Below, one piece after another: positions 24,735 to 37,115 of a DNA stretch of 64,000 nucleotides; the first letter of the stretch is position 1; each line of letters opens with the position of its first letter. Below the pieces are notes generated by a model. That model ran no database searches and was not told the origin of the DNA. It worked only from the letters and a program-made list of their open reading frames with translations. Origin of the DNA: Trypanosoma brucei. Taxonomy: Eukaryota. A program made the position numbers and the translations under genes. The stretch spans positions 2,752,001 through 2,816,000 of the forward strand of contig CM000207.1 of assembly GCA_000002445.1 (NCBI GenBank), written 5' to 3'.

Positions 24735-24970
24735 AAGCAGCAGCCATCACAGCAAATTTTTTATTTACAAGAAAACTGGAATCCTTGCACTTGCTATCTT
24801 CCCATTTACAGTTGTTGTCCTTTTCAAAAGCTTGTCGATTAGTGCCATGTCTGGTACACCTATCTTTTTTCTAATCTTTACCTCCTTCTTTTGCTGCTTC
24901 TTTTGCTGTTGCGTTTTTCCACCCAATGTGCACTTTTTATCCTCGTTTCCTTTGGGATTTAAAATGCGGC
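24735..24970 (-). pseudogene. Orphan VSG 3' fragment (C-terminal domain plus GPI signal only)
   Basis: agcagcagccatcacagcaaattttttatttacaagaaaactggaatccttgcacttgc... is the minus-strand CKDSSFLVNKK..ALM...GPI block. Similarity to VSG ends ~230 bp upstream. Confidence 0.6.
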
Positions 24971-25141
24971 CATGACAGTTGTGCGGCTTTAGACGTCTGC
25001 TGGCAGGGGCAGATCTGGAAGTCGTTCCTTAACTGCTGATCGTAATAATCTCCTAGTTTCGAATAGCTCTCTTTTTAGATTATTTATACTTTAAAAGCAA
25101 TTCGTTTCGCGCAGCTACACTGCCACGCGCCAGCGTTAAAA

Positions 25142-25166
25142 ACGTATATATATATATATATATATT
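25142..25166. repeat. (TA)12 microsatellite
   Basis: tatatatatatatatatatatat. Confidence 0.9.
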
Positions 25167-25329
25167 TTAATCCGGGCGCAACCCGAAATGCAAACCGGAA
25201 ATTCACAAAAGATTAAAAAGTGGTATTGTAACAATGTGGAAATAAAATAAATAGGTGAAAAATAAGAAGACGAAGTTGCCTACTCTCTGAAGAAGCGCCA
25301 ACCATAATTAAAAAAAGCCGCTGCATCGC

Positions 25330-25480
25330 AAAGAAAAAATGGCAAGTTATAAAAAATTCAAAAAAGGTAAATTAAAACCCTAACCCTAAGCCTAAGTTTA
25401 AGCCTACCTGACCTCCCTAACTAACCCCCTAACTAACCTAACTAACCTACCTAACTACCCCTCCCCACTCCTACCCCCAC
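25330..25480. repeat. Degenerate telomere-like hexamer tract (CCCTAA / CTAACC variants)
   Basis: aaaaccctaaccctaagcctaagtttaagcctacc ... ccctaactaaccccctaactaacctaactaacctacctaactacccc. The C-rich strand is on plus, the orientation expected for a telomere lying 3' of the minus-strand VSG at 25675-27349. Confidence 0.7.
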
Positions 25481-25674
25481 TTCCACAAAAAAAACGGGAA
25501 AGAAGGAAAAAAAAATTTTTAAGTTTCCAGAAAAAATTTCTAGACAATCAGACAGTCAACTTACAAAACACAGAACAAAGAAATCTCGGCTGGTTTTAGG
25601 TGTTAAAATATATCAGAAAGTTTTCAAGTAGCAAAAAATTTTAGCAAAAATTTTTTAAAAAAGAGGGGTAAAAA

Positions 25675-27349
25675 TTAAAAAAGCAAGGCCACAAAAGCAG
25701 CAGAAACCATGCTAAGGGCGAATTGTTTGTTTAGGAGAAAACTGGAAGAGCGGCACCTAAACTCGTCTTTGTCCTTGTCAGCTTCGCCACCTTTTTTCCA
25801 GGCACAAACAGGTTTGTCTTTTCCTTCATTCATTTTTTTACAGCCGCTTTCGTCATTGAAATGCTGTGCACATCCAGTTTGTGTTTTCTCCCTCTGCAGA
25901 TCCCTCTCCTGCTCCTGTTCCTGCTGTGTTTGTCTGTCCTTCTCCATCTTTAGCTGTGCACTTTCCTTTGGTGTCACTCTCTCCTGTCCATTCGCAAGGT
26001 TCATTACATTCTTCTTTCTTGATTTTTTCTGAGCATTTGGGATTCGTTCTGATTGTTTCTTCAAAAGTCTTCCGGCAGTTGGCGGTCCCCTGATACTTTG
26101 CATACATTACCGCTTCCGCTGGTCCTGTTGATGCTTTTTTGGCGAGAGCAGCTAGTGTCTCGGAGGTTTCTTTTCCTGCTATTTTGTAACGTTCTGTCTG
26201 CTCTGCGGCTGCTTTTAGAAAAACGACTTCAACTGAGTCTGTCGATTCGCCTAGAAAGTCCCTGACTGCTTTGGCCTTGTCAGATACAGCTTTGTCTGGG
26301 TCGTATTTGTCTGGGTTTAAAGCTATAACGATTTCCTGCATCGTTAGGTCATTTGCCAAGTCACTCACCTTTTCTGCGCTTACTGTCTTTTGTTTTTTTG
26401 CCTTCTCTGCATTTCCGCGGCACAGCTGTGCCGCCATCAGGTCTGCTGTTACTGTGAGTTTTGTGTCCTTTCCGTCTATGGTTTCACATGTACGATCGCC
26501 GCTGGCTTTGGTGTACTTTGCTGCTTTATTATTCGGCGAGCTTGGCTCCGCCGGTTTCATTGTGTGTATTCCCACTGCGCCGTTTTCTGATCCCTTTGCT
26601 ACGTTGGTACCGCACGCGTTGTTGTTTTGTTGAGTGCTCAGCTCTGCGCTAACTGTTCCTTTACAAACTGCTTTGACTGTTAAGTGTGGTCTTTTGAACA
26701 GATCGTCGTGAACTAATGTTAGAGTTTCATATGTGTCTAAGTGAGTAGCGGCATGATCGAGCTCCTGCGTGTTCGCGTTTTCTGTATCGCATGCGTTTTG
26801 CGGCTTTTCTGCCCCGTCAAATCGAACTGAGCACGCTCCTGTTGAGCCTGCAGTGAAAAAGTCGTTGCCTGCCCCTGAGCTTGCTTGCGTTGTCGCCCGG
26901 GGCTCCGTAAACAAGTCGACCTGCGTTAGCATTGCCAGCTGTCCGCGGCGCTTGTCTATTATTTCCGGTGTCTTTTGCCATTCTTCTGTTTTGCTCGTAA
27001 GCTCAGAAACTTGGGTCTGTAGGCGAGCCGTTGTTAGTGCTGCTAAGGCTGTAAGTTTTTTTTGTGTGGATCCCGTTGGTGTCTTGGCTTTTACCAATTC
27101 TATTAACGCCACGTCATTGGCTAATTCTGCCGCCGCTTTCTGAGTTTCTGCTATCCGCTGCGAAAACCTTGTCCGAATTGCTTTTAAAAATCTTGTCTCT
27201 GAGCATGGCATCGTTATCTTAGCAAGCAATGGAGTGTGTGTCGTGGCTTGTGCCTCTTTTTCTAGCGACACCGCCAGTAGAGCTAGTACAAATTGCAAAC
27301 CGCTTCCTGAAATAGACATAGACCGTATTGACAACGTATAAGCCGGCAC
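25675..27349 (-). pseudogene. VSG with a frameshift between the N-domain ORF (498 aa) and the C-domain
   Basis: ORF 25853-27349(-) has the signal MSISGSGLQFVLALLAVSLEKEA. The C-domain ORF 25675-26103(-) ends ...CRSSSFLLNKQFALSMVSAAFVALLF. The 3' UTR at ~25596-25611 has the 16-mer TGATATATTTTAACAC. Confidence 0.85.
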
Positions 27350-27584
27350 TGTTTGTGTAATTCGCTATCTTTGCTGCGGTATTTAGGGGTTTATTGTCGA
27401 AAGCAATTTTGTTTGGATGCTGAAAGATGGTTATTAGTTCCAATGCCCATCGACTGGCAGATAACTGTTGTTTTAAGTACCTAGGCCAGGTGGTTGTTGC
27501 CACAGACCTCATTTGGTAAGTCATTACTTGCTCGAATACTTTTTGTGCTTATTTTTTCAGTTTTTCCTTGTTCGTCACCACAAC

Positions 27585-27655
27585 TATCATAATCTTAGTA
27601 TATGCACACTCACAACACTTTACTATTATTATCATTATTATTATCAGTATAACCC
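27585..27655. repeat. 70-bp repeat, about 1 unit
   Basis: agtatatgcacactcacaacactttactattattatcattattattatc. Confidence 0.75.
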
Positions 27656-27805
27656 TAACAAATGTCTGCAAAACAAAAAATGGACCAAATTAGAGCAACA
27701 CTAATTTTTCATACCATATCACCCGCTCACCTTACTATAATGCACCCATAGGACACTCACATACAAATGTTTCAAATTCTCAAAATCTGCACATTTTCAT
27801 AATTT

Positions 27806-29417
27806 TCATAAAGTGGAGCGAACATCTTTTAAACATTTAAAATACAATGTTACCAAACTCACAAAAGCAGCCATCAGAGCAAATTTCTTCTTGACGAGAA
27901 AACTGGAATCTTTGCAGTCTGTTTCTTCCCATTTGCAGTTTGCAGTGCATTCTTTCTCTCCTTTACCTACGCAAGTAGAAGTAGTTTTCCCATCATTTCC
28001 CTCTTTCTCTTTTTCTTCTTTTCGTTCATTTAGTTTTGGAAAGTATTTTGGGGTACTGTCTTTATCAAACTCACAGCCTGCCTTTCTAAAAGGTTCATCA
28101 GCGGTGTGACTTTTGCATACTTCTGCCGTTTTCGTTGACTTTGTTTCAGTTTTATTTTGTAATTTCCGCTTGATGTCAGTGATTTCGTTGTTAATCCTCA
28201 ATTTATAATGGTAAAGAATGGCGGTGAGCTCTGTTAACGAGCTGATTGCTCCCAGATTTTTTTTAGGTCAAGCCGGCCACACCCTCCCTGTATTCTATCT
28301 TCGTTAATTATGCCTTCCAGTTCCGTTATTTTGTCTTTGTCTTTGCCTCCTAGTTCATTTGTTATCGCCGCTTTGACGTCGCTTGCCGATTTTTATGTCT
28401 TCCAGTAGCAGTACTCTTTTGACTATATCTGCCAGCTTCGCCCATTTTTCTGTCGATTCTGTGTCGTTTTTAAAATCTGCAGCCTCGTCGGTTACAACTC
28501 CAGTTATTGCTTGATGAGCTTCTTGCCAAGCTGCAGCGGCGTTCGCTCCTTTATTTTTTAGATCGTCGGCTGCCGTTAGGTCGATTTCGCCTGCACTGTC
28601 CAGTATCTTCATATACCCGCCCATTGTGTAGACGGCATTTGCCTCGCTGCTAGTGTGCGTAAATCCGTCTCCGTGGTGGGCTGCTAGTAGGTTGTACTGC
28701 TGTGCTCCGCTGCTCTCCTGATGGGCGTGACTTTTGCCGTTGTTGTGGATCAGCTTCTCGAAGCCTGCAGCCGTTACGTAGGTTCTTGCGCTTTTTTTGG
28801 TTTCTGTCAGCGGTGTGATGTCCAAGAGACAGTCAGTTTCGTGCAGTTTGGCGCCGTTGTTCGGCCTTGTTTGTTGTGCTGTCTGCCTGTAGAAGGCACG
28901 CGTTGTTGTTCAACTTTGTCTGCTCTAGCATTTTGAGAAAGTCATCTATTCGTCCTTTGAGATAGCCAGATTCCTGGGCTCCTCTGATGTTAGATGCCAA
29001 TCCCGTAGTCGCATAGGCGTCTGCGGTTACGCCAGCTTTCGCACTAGGATATTTTGCATAAAGGAACGCTTGCCTAGACCTTTGTGTCCCCAAGTTTTTA
29101 GTTGAATACGCTTGTGCTCGCAGTTGTTGGATTGTCAGAGTTTTAGCAAAGCTTAGAGCTGAGGAACCGTGGGCAAGAACATCACCACCCACTAAACCTA
29201 GTTCTTCGCTGAGTCCGCAAATCGGCTGCCAGACGGTGTTTTTGAGGCCGCGGGATGCTACTGCATCGCTGACTTCGAAGCTCCAGTGAGCTGCCGCCAT
29301 CAGAGCGAAAACTCGCGTGGTTTCCTTTGGGTATTGCATGCTTTGGGTAGTCTCTTGACGGAAGTCTAATGCTGGAAAAAGCTCGTGAGTTGGTGGATGG
29401 TAATTATTACTCCCCAA
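27806..29417 (-). pseudogene. VSG pseudogene in 3 frames, with no N-terminal signal peptide and the stop after the GPI signal lost
   Basis: Pieces are 28833-29417, 28355-28825 and 27806-28201(-). The last is ...CKWEETDCKDSSFLVKKKFALMAAFVSLVTLYF and reads through into KCLKDVRSTL. Confidence 0.8.
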
Positions 29418-30699
29418 AGAGGGTGTGTTTTGTTACGTCATGCTGATGCTTAGTTATTCTTAAAGCTAACGAAGGCAAAACCGTTGATTCTCGTGATTGT
29501 TTGTGAAGAACCGCAGTTTTGTATAGGAACCACGATTTTTGTCTACCGCTTTCGTGTGGCTCCGCCATTTGAATACCTACACGCCTGATAAACAACTGAA
29601 GTCATAGAAGTTTATGACAACTTTTAGTTTTGCGTGACGCTACACAGGTTGCGATTTTCTATAGACTGAAATAAAGGTCGATTCATATTTACGCCTTATC
29701 TAAAAAATCACCCAGTCTTCTTTCGGATATGCCGATTCTGAAGTAAAGAGACCTATGCAGAATCTATGAAAAGCTGTTCCAGAGCTTGCTGTTTCGCATC
29801 AGAATTCACCATCTATTAAAAAATACATCCACAACAAGTTTTAGAAGCTTAGAATAACATTTAGACACAGCGTCTCATCTTTTTAATATGCTGAGTAACA
29901 CTTATATAAATTAAAAAATGAAAAAACTGTATAATTTCAATAATAATTGATTAGTATCTTTTGAAGCTGGATTTCACTACAGTTTGTTGGAACTATTTAT
30001 TGTATTTTTCGGCTTCTAAAGATGCCTATCACGGGTAGTTCTGGATTTTTGTGATGTCATAAACGAATATCTTGCCTATTATATGGCAAATATCTTCATG
30101 CTATTCCGTGACCACTAGTGACTAGATTTTCTTACTGTTATTTTTGAATTTGGTTGTAGTAGAGCGCTATTATCAAGCATTTTCCTTTTCGTCTATTTCC
30201 GTTGTTTTCTCTTGTTTGATTTGTGGCTCGTTATTGTCAACAACTGGACATTGGTGCTCCTCCATCATATTTAAATCCAAGATCATCATCATCTATAACG
30301 TAGAATATATACATTTGTGAGTGAAATATAGAGGTCAATATCCTACTATATCTTTTTTCCCGCTGATTTGTGGTGTCAGATCGTATTCTGTCATTTCATT
30401 ATGCATTTATGGTTCTCTACTTGCTTTTTTGTCTCGAGTTTTTATGGATCACGTGTAAATTGTATTTTATCATACATAGATTCTGTTTTACACCATTTTC
30501 CTTTCTATCATCTTAATGAATGTAATGATACTCATCGTTATATCGGTGTTTGAAACCACAATATTCTGTTTGCCTCTCTCTTTATGTTTAAAGACATTTC
30601 TCGTGCTCTTCCTCACTCCTTTTCACACACTTACACCAACTGCACCGTGCCATCATTTCATTGCTTCATTTTTTCTTGTCAATTTGATGTCCATTACTT

Positions 30700-30780
30700 C
30701 TCTCATTATAATATTAGTATATACACACTCACAACACTCTCTTATTATTATAATCTTTATTATAATATTACTTCTCTTAT
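30700..30780. repeat. 70-bp repeat
   Basis: attataatattagtatatacacactcacaacactctcttattattataatc. Confidence 0.8.
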
Positions 30781-31013
30781 AAATTTATCTAATATCCTCA
30801 AACAAAATAAGCCAATATAATAAATTTTTAATAATGACGCTAATTTTTCATTCACTATCACCATACTGCTTTACACCCATAGGATACTTTTATACTAACA
30901 CTTCATATTTTAAAAAATTTCACTAATTTTCACACTTTTATTAAAGGTGTTAAATATATCAAATTTAGAAAACTTCATTAATTTCATAAAGTCGAGGGGA
31001 AATCTTAAAAGTT

Positions 31014-32546
31014 TTATAGAATCAAAAATGCTAGCAAAAGAGGAGCTTTATTGATAACAAAAGAATTACTTACTGTGGTGTTTGTAGCTTTTCCATCTGT
31101 CCCTGTTGCTGCTGTGGTCGCTTTAACTTTGCACTCCCCATCTTTGTATTCACACCCATCCTTGTTGTTGCATTTAGTTTCGTCTTTTTCTCCCTTGCAC
31201 TCTTCTGGTTTTTTGGTGTCAATTGCTTTGGGTATGTTTTTCTTCTCTGCTTCAAGTTCCCTCTTGATTCTTATTCCTTCCATTAAGCTCACAGCTTGAT
31301 TGGTTTTCTCTGTAGAACTGGTTAGTTCGGTGATCTTTTTGCTTTCTACCTCTCCCTTGTCTCGTATGGGTGTGCTTTCACCCTCAAGTAGGGACTTGAA
31401 TTTGTCGTTGAAATTGTCTGCTGTTTCTCCGTAGCCTTTTTCTATCCATTTTATCAATTCTTTTGCCTTGCTGTTATCCGTTGGGTCGTCTATGTTGTGA
31501 AACGCAGGCCAGCAGTTGCGCACATAGGTTCGGATCGCATGAGACCCGCTGAGGCTTTTGCCGCTATATTCAGATATTTTTGTTGTGTTTGGTGTTAGCT
31601 TCACGCCCTCGCATATCGCCTTGGCTCGTCTTTTCAGTGGCTCATTTGCTGCATCTGCTGCTGTGATGTCTGAGTGGCAGGCTGTCTTGTCTTCGTTGCT
31701 CTTGAAAAAGTGGGTTGCTGTCCTGTAGGCTGATGCTGGCGGTTTGGCTTTTGTTATTTCGACAGCACCTGAGGCGCCGCTGAACGAACATGCGTTTAGT
31801 GCACCCGTAGCGCTTTGGCTGTTTTGCGTTGTGCAGCCGCCTTCGGCTGTAATTTTGATACCGTCCAGTTGATTGGCTTTGTTAACTTTTGATTTATCTG
31901 TGAGGTCCAGTTTAAAAAGGTCTTGCGGTTCCGGTGTTTCCCCTCCGAACGTTTCTTTTGCTTCGTCAGTTTCTAATTTGCACAGGTCTTCGCTTTTCGC
32001 CTTTACTAATTTTAGTGTGGCTGTATAGGGGCTGCCGCCTCCTGTGCTGCTGTGGACGGAACCTGAGTTCATCTTTGCGTGCACTGCCGAAACAGCTAAT
32101 GCTGCTGCTATGACACCTTGTTGCTGCTTGATTGCTGTGGTTGCAGAATTGACTGTTTTTCGGACTCTCTCCAGCTCAAGCTCGTTGGCCTCGAGCGCAT
32201 CGCTTATCGTTAGTTCCAGTGCCGTGAGCAAACACTTTTGTCCCTGTTCCTGCGCTTTGGCTGCTGCCATCCGCCACTTTCTAGCTTCCGTTTTCTGCAG
32301 CCTAATTGTGGCTTTAATGTCGTTTAATTTCCCTTGTATATGCTGGCTGAGCCTCGTTAAATAGGCATGCTCTTTGCACACATCTGTTGCCGCTTCTGCC
32401 GCTGGGTCATTGGCCTTGTTGGCGGTGCAGGTTGTCGCGGCGTTGAAAATGAGTAACAACGTCGGTATTGTTGAGTATGGCATCGGCAGAGTTTTGGTAA
32501 TTAACGTTTCTCTTAATGGACTATGCTCTCCCTGTCGGTTTTTCAT
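31014..32546 (-). CDS. VSG: Variant surface glycoprotein, apparently intact (510-aa ORF; the likely true start is the internal Met before PYSTIPTLLLIF)
   Basis: A continuous ORF runs through the signal peptide MPYSTIPTLLLIFNAATTCTA and the N-domain to the C-domain ...CKGEKDETKCNNKDGCEYKDGECKVKATTAATGTDGKATNTTVSNSFVINKAPLLLAFLIL. The 3' UTR has TGATATATTTAACAC. 70-bp repeats lie ~0.9 kb upstream. Confidence 0.85.
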   Translation of the reverse strand: MKNRQGEHSPLRETLITKTLPMPYSTIPTLLLIFNAATTCTANKANDPAAEAATDVCKEHAYLTRLSQHIQGKLNDIKATIRLQKTEARKWRMAAAKAQEQGQKCLLTALELTISDALEANELELERVRKTVNSATTAIKQQQGVIAAALAVSAVHAKMNSGSVHSSTGGGSPYTATLKLVKAKSEDLCKLETDEAKETFGGETPEPQDLFKLDLTDKSKVNKANQLDGIKITAEGGCTTQNSQSATGALNACSFSGASGAVEITKAKPPASAYRTATHFFKSNEDKTACHSDITAADAANEPLKRRAKAICEGVKLTPNTTKISEYSGKSLSGSHAIRTYVRNCWPAFHNIDDPTDNSKAKELIKWIEKGYGETADNFNDKFKSLLEGESTPIRDKGEVESKKITELTSSTEKTNQAVSLMEGIRIKRELEAEKKNIPKAIDTKKPEECKGEKDETKCNNKDGCEYKDGECKVKATTAATGTDGKATNTTVSNSFVINKAPLLLAFLIL

Positions 32547-33429
32547 TTTTCCTTGATAGTTGCTGCCTTGGTATTACTTGTTGACGCAAGGTTGTGACAA
32601 AAGCTTTAATTGCTTGTCGTGCGAAGCTATGACCTTGTAAGTGAAAAAGACTGAGTTTTGCCGATATTTTCCCCTTTTATAATCAAAACCATATAGCTAC
32701 TTATCTATTTTACCTATTCCGGGCTTCATTAAAGTCCTTCTATTGATCAAAATACTGCACATACCTTCATTCCTGAAAATTCAAATCTCATGGTTTCTAA
32801 TGGCTTCTACTTGAAAGCAAATATCCAGTGCTTTTTGGCGTAAAAAGAAAGCAACGCTGCTGCTTCCCACCGACACGCTCACCCATTTTCCTTTTTTTTT
32901 AAGCTGACAGGGCCTTGTAGCGGTTGTGGTTGAGTTTGCGCAACTTCTGTCCAAAACGAAACTTCCTTGCAACTTTTGTTTTATGTATCGGCGCTGATAG
33001 CTGAGTTTAGGTGACATCTCTTATATGTATTGTTCACCTCTTGAAGTGTTTAGCGACTCTCCAGGGTTAAAAATAAGAGAATGGAGAAGTATAATATAGA
33101 AACTTTCTGTACTTCATAAAGCTCTTCCGTGTGCTCCAGTCCACAGTTTCTTATCCTTGAGTTTCTCCTTTTATTTTCTACTTTATTCAGCATGTTATTC
33201 TTCCTTTAATGCAGCGGACGCCATAGACAGTCCATATGACCAGTTCACTAGACTATCTCTCTTCATCACTGTCCCATCCATCACCTCTTATGCACGATAA
33301 TGACCCCCATCGTATTTCGTTGCTTCAAGCCTTAAATATTTTATCTCTCTTTATTACTCGCCCTCAATTACTCACAATGAACTCTTTCCATTTTTCAAGT
33401 GATACTTTTCTTTATTATTTTCATCATTA

Positions 33430-33525
33430 CTGCTCTTATTATATTATTATTATACACATACACTCACAACAGTCTCCTATCATTATTATTACTATTATTA
33501 TTATTATTGTCAGTATTATAACCCT
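33430..33525. repeat. 70-bp repeats
   Basis: attattattatacacatacactcacaacagtctcctatcattattattactattattattattattg. Confidence 0.8.
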
Positions 33526-33724
33526 TAGTGATATTTATAAAATATACCAAATTGTAAGATCATTAATTTTTCATATATTGACACACTAGCAATTCACACT
33601 CATAAGCCACTATCAAACACATTTTACTACTTTTTATTTTTTATTTTTTCATAATTTTAAATTTTTATTAAAAGGTGTTAAAATATGTTAAAATATTAAA
33701 AGTTCTTGTAAATTCTTAAAATCA

Positions 33725-35253
33725 TTAAAATAGAAAACTAATAACAGAATCAGCCATCATAGCCAATTTTTTGTTTACTAGAAAACTATCATTTCGGAAA
33801 TTTTCTGTATCTTTGTCATCTTCGCCCTTTTATCTTTTCTTAATGCACAATTTTGTTTGTCACCTGTTTTGTCATTTTTACAGGCGGTCTTATCAGTTCC
33901 ATGTTTTTCAAATCCAGTTGTAGCTGTTGACCCTGAAGCTCCATTTGTACATGCTATGTTTGTCTGTCCTTCTCTCTTTTTAGGTTTGCATGTTTCTTTG
34001 TCCTCAGCAGTTCCCTCCAACTTGCAGTTATTATCTGTGCAGGTTGTATTAGTTATGTGATTCCCACAGCTCCTGTCAGCGCTCGTTGGGCTTGCCGTTG
34101 GAACAGGTTTCGTGGTCAACCCGTCCTCTTTCGGCATTTCTGACGCCTTGTAGAGCTCTATTGCTGCCTGAGCTGCTCTTTGTATCTTCGTTTTTGTGGA
34201 CGCCACTTGCTGTTTGTGCTTGTCGTATGTTGTTTGCATTTCCAGCGCTTGTTTCATCTTTTCTAGCCATTCGATGCCGGCGAAACCTTTGCCGTTTTTC
34301 TTTAAGGATTACTGATAATCAACACAACTCGAGGCTTCGTTAGTGCAGTCTCTGGTTATTTTCCGGCCGTAGACAACTCCGCCGTAAACGTCGTCGCCTT
34401 GTCCTAACATGCTTTGAAACGCCGCTATCGCTGTTCTCAGCTGGTTTTCTGACTTGGTGGTGCCCGTTTCTGTCGAACAGTTGCTTAATAGTTCCGCTGT
34501 TGCGCCGGTTTGTAGATTGTTGCCGTTCTCAAGCAAGTTTGTGGCTGTTCCTTGCATGCATTCGCCGTTCGTTCGTGTGGCGCACAGACACGCCATGTCG
34601 GTTAAGACTGATTTGCCTGCTTCTCTGTTGGCGCAGGTGCTGCTTTTGGCATCCGTCGGATTTTTGAGGTCGCGGGCCTGTGTTCCCGCTGTATACTGCG
34701 CTTTACCGCTGCATAATGCCTCTGCTAGTGTCTCATTGATGGCCTTGCGTATTGGCTTATCGTCGATTAGCGGCTGTGACCGCGCCGTTGCCACGTCCCT
34801 TGCAATTTCCCGCGCTAATTCCCTTATTCTCCGTGCTTTGTCGGACCCTGAGGTTGTCTTGGCTGCCCCCTTCGTCTCTTGCGCCCATCTGCTGCTTTTA
34901 TTCGTTAGATCCTTCGCTGATTGGCGCCAATATTCCCATTCCTTCCCGCCGTCTATTTTGTCGTCTTTTGCTTTTGGGCCATCTTTTTTCTTCGCCTACG
35001 TGTTTTCTGGTGTCTGGTCGATGAACATGGCTTGCCATTCTTTCTGGCTTACTGACATGTTCGCCGCTAGAAGTACGTTGTAGTCAGTATCTGTTATGAA
35101 TGCGTCATCGGGTGCCGCTATGAGGGCCTTTGCCGACCTGTAAATTGCACACAGCGTGTCATACTGTCTACCACTTTTTCAGTGATTCGTAGACGACACT
35201 AGTGTTGCCAATGCGATACTAGAGATAAAAACGGCATCAATAACCAGGCTCAT
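33725..35253 (-). pseudogene. VSG pseudogene with multiple frameshifts and stops
   Basis: N-terminus MSLVIDAVFISSIALATLVSS from ATG at 35253. Pieces are 34309-34794 and 33778-34257(-). The GPI-signal region NDSFLVNKKLAMMADSVISFLF is in a separate frame and stops at ~33725. Confidence 0.75.
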
Positions 35254-36804
35254 TCGGTGTACCTAACTTAGCCGGTAGTCTGTGTTATCTACTTAACTTG
35301 GCTTGTTTCCCGTCAGAGGGTCGTTGTTTAATGCGTTTGCAAGTAGAGCACAAAAAAATTAGATGAAAGTCGCTGCTGGCGCTTGGTTGGCCAAGAGGTA
35401 TTGTAAATTAGGCGATTTTAAAGTCTCTTTCACTCACGCCGTAGCGCTGTTTGCGCCTTTGCTCTTTTGTAATGATATTTTCGTGGCGTCACATGATTGT
35501 TACTTATATGCCCTCACATCGAAGCTTTTGAAGTTTATATAAGATATTCGTTATAAGTTTTAGTTCAAAATTTCAATAACTGGCGTTTTGTCGTCAAATT
35601 CAAAACTAACATCTACCCGTTTTGACTCTATTTCCTCTATTTCAAGCATCCCCAATTTCACACATCTGCAGGTCATAACTGTGAGAATACCTTTTTCAGT
35701 CACCATGACTCTAAGCACCAACCTTTCCACTTATTTTTTTACTTCCTCCATCCACTGCCGACTAAAGTGCGGTTTCTTTGAAGTTAGTTGCATCGCTGAC
35801 ATTCTTTTTATTTGGAATTCGTTCGCTAGGGATGAAGACAACATGTACTTAACTGCGTTTCATAGATGGTTTTGGATTTGAGACTTTCTTTGTGTATATG
35901 GCCCAGGGGTTGCCTGCAAAAGTTAGTGACAAATTTTTCTATATGAAGCGTTTTTTAATTATAGAACCAATTGTTTCCAAGTGCAGGTCTTCTTTGTAAT
36001 CCAAGGTCTACGTTACCTCTATTTATAAAGTTTCAATCCACATTCATCACTCATCTATCAAATTCTTATATATTTTCTGTCTAAAAAGTTTCCTTTCGTC
36101 TTAAATCATTGAAAACGTTTTTCATCTAAAATTTAAACATTTATGACTGTCACTGACTTCTACTTTTTACAGTTTTTCTGATTTTACACCTTCTGAAATA
36201 ACAAATAAAGGCGAGTGTTTTTACCGACGTAATTAGTCTGACTCTTCTGTTTTGGAGCCTTCTGCTCTTTTGTTCGGTTCCGGTTTAGAATCTACAATTT
36301 GGTCCAAAAAGCGCATTTCTTATTTTTTTGTTAATAAAATCTGTTAATCCTGCGTTAGAGATCAACTTTATATGAATTACTCGGTTCTTGAAACGTCTTA
36401 ATTCCTGCCAATTATAACTAAAGAGAGTTGGAGGACTGTAACAACGGATTGACTCGGCTTCCTATAGCTCCTCTATTGGTTCTGTTATGAGTTATTTCAA
36501 GCATTTACCGCTTTTTTATTTTGTTGTTTACCGTAATCCATTAATACCCATAGTTTCAAAATACTTCTGTCAATAATATCATATAGTTTCACACAATTTG
36601 TAATCATTACTACTGCATTTGATCATAATAATTTGAGATTTCTTCACTCTTATACAATTTCTTCTTTCTACTTCTAATTTTACTTCTGTTTCTGACGACT
36701 TTACTCACGTACAAGCTCACTCACTTGTTCTCACTACATCCTTGCTACTGGTTCAGACTTTTATATTATTATATCCAGTTGCTTTGCACCACCTTTTTTT
36801 TACG

Positions 36805-36870
36805 TATTGCTATAAACTCACTCACAACACTCTCTTATCAATAAATTATTATTATTATTATGACCCTAAT
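36805..36870. repeat. 70-bp repeat, about 1 unit
   Basis: ctcactcacaacactctcttatcaataaattattattattattatg. Confidence 0.7.
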
Positions 36871-37115
36871 AAATAAACATGAAATAAGTGATGACTATAT
36901 TAGAATAGCATATACATTTTTATATACTATTGCTATACTACTTTACACCCATGATCCACTTTCATACCAAATTTTTCATATTATTTCATTATTCACTAAT
37001 TTTCGGCAGTTTGTATACTTTCGTCAAACAATGTTAAAATATATTAAATTCTCTCAAAATAGCAAATTTAATAAATATCATAAATTTAAGCAAAAATACT
37101 TGAAAAACTAAAACT

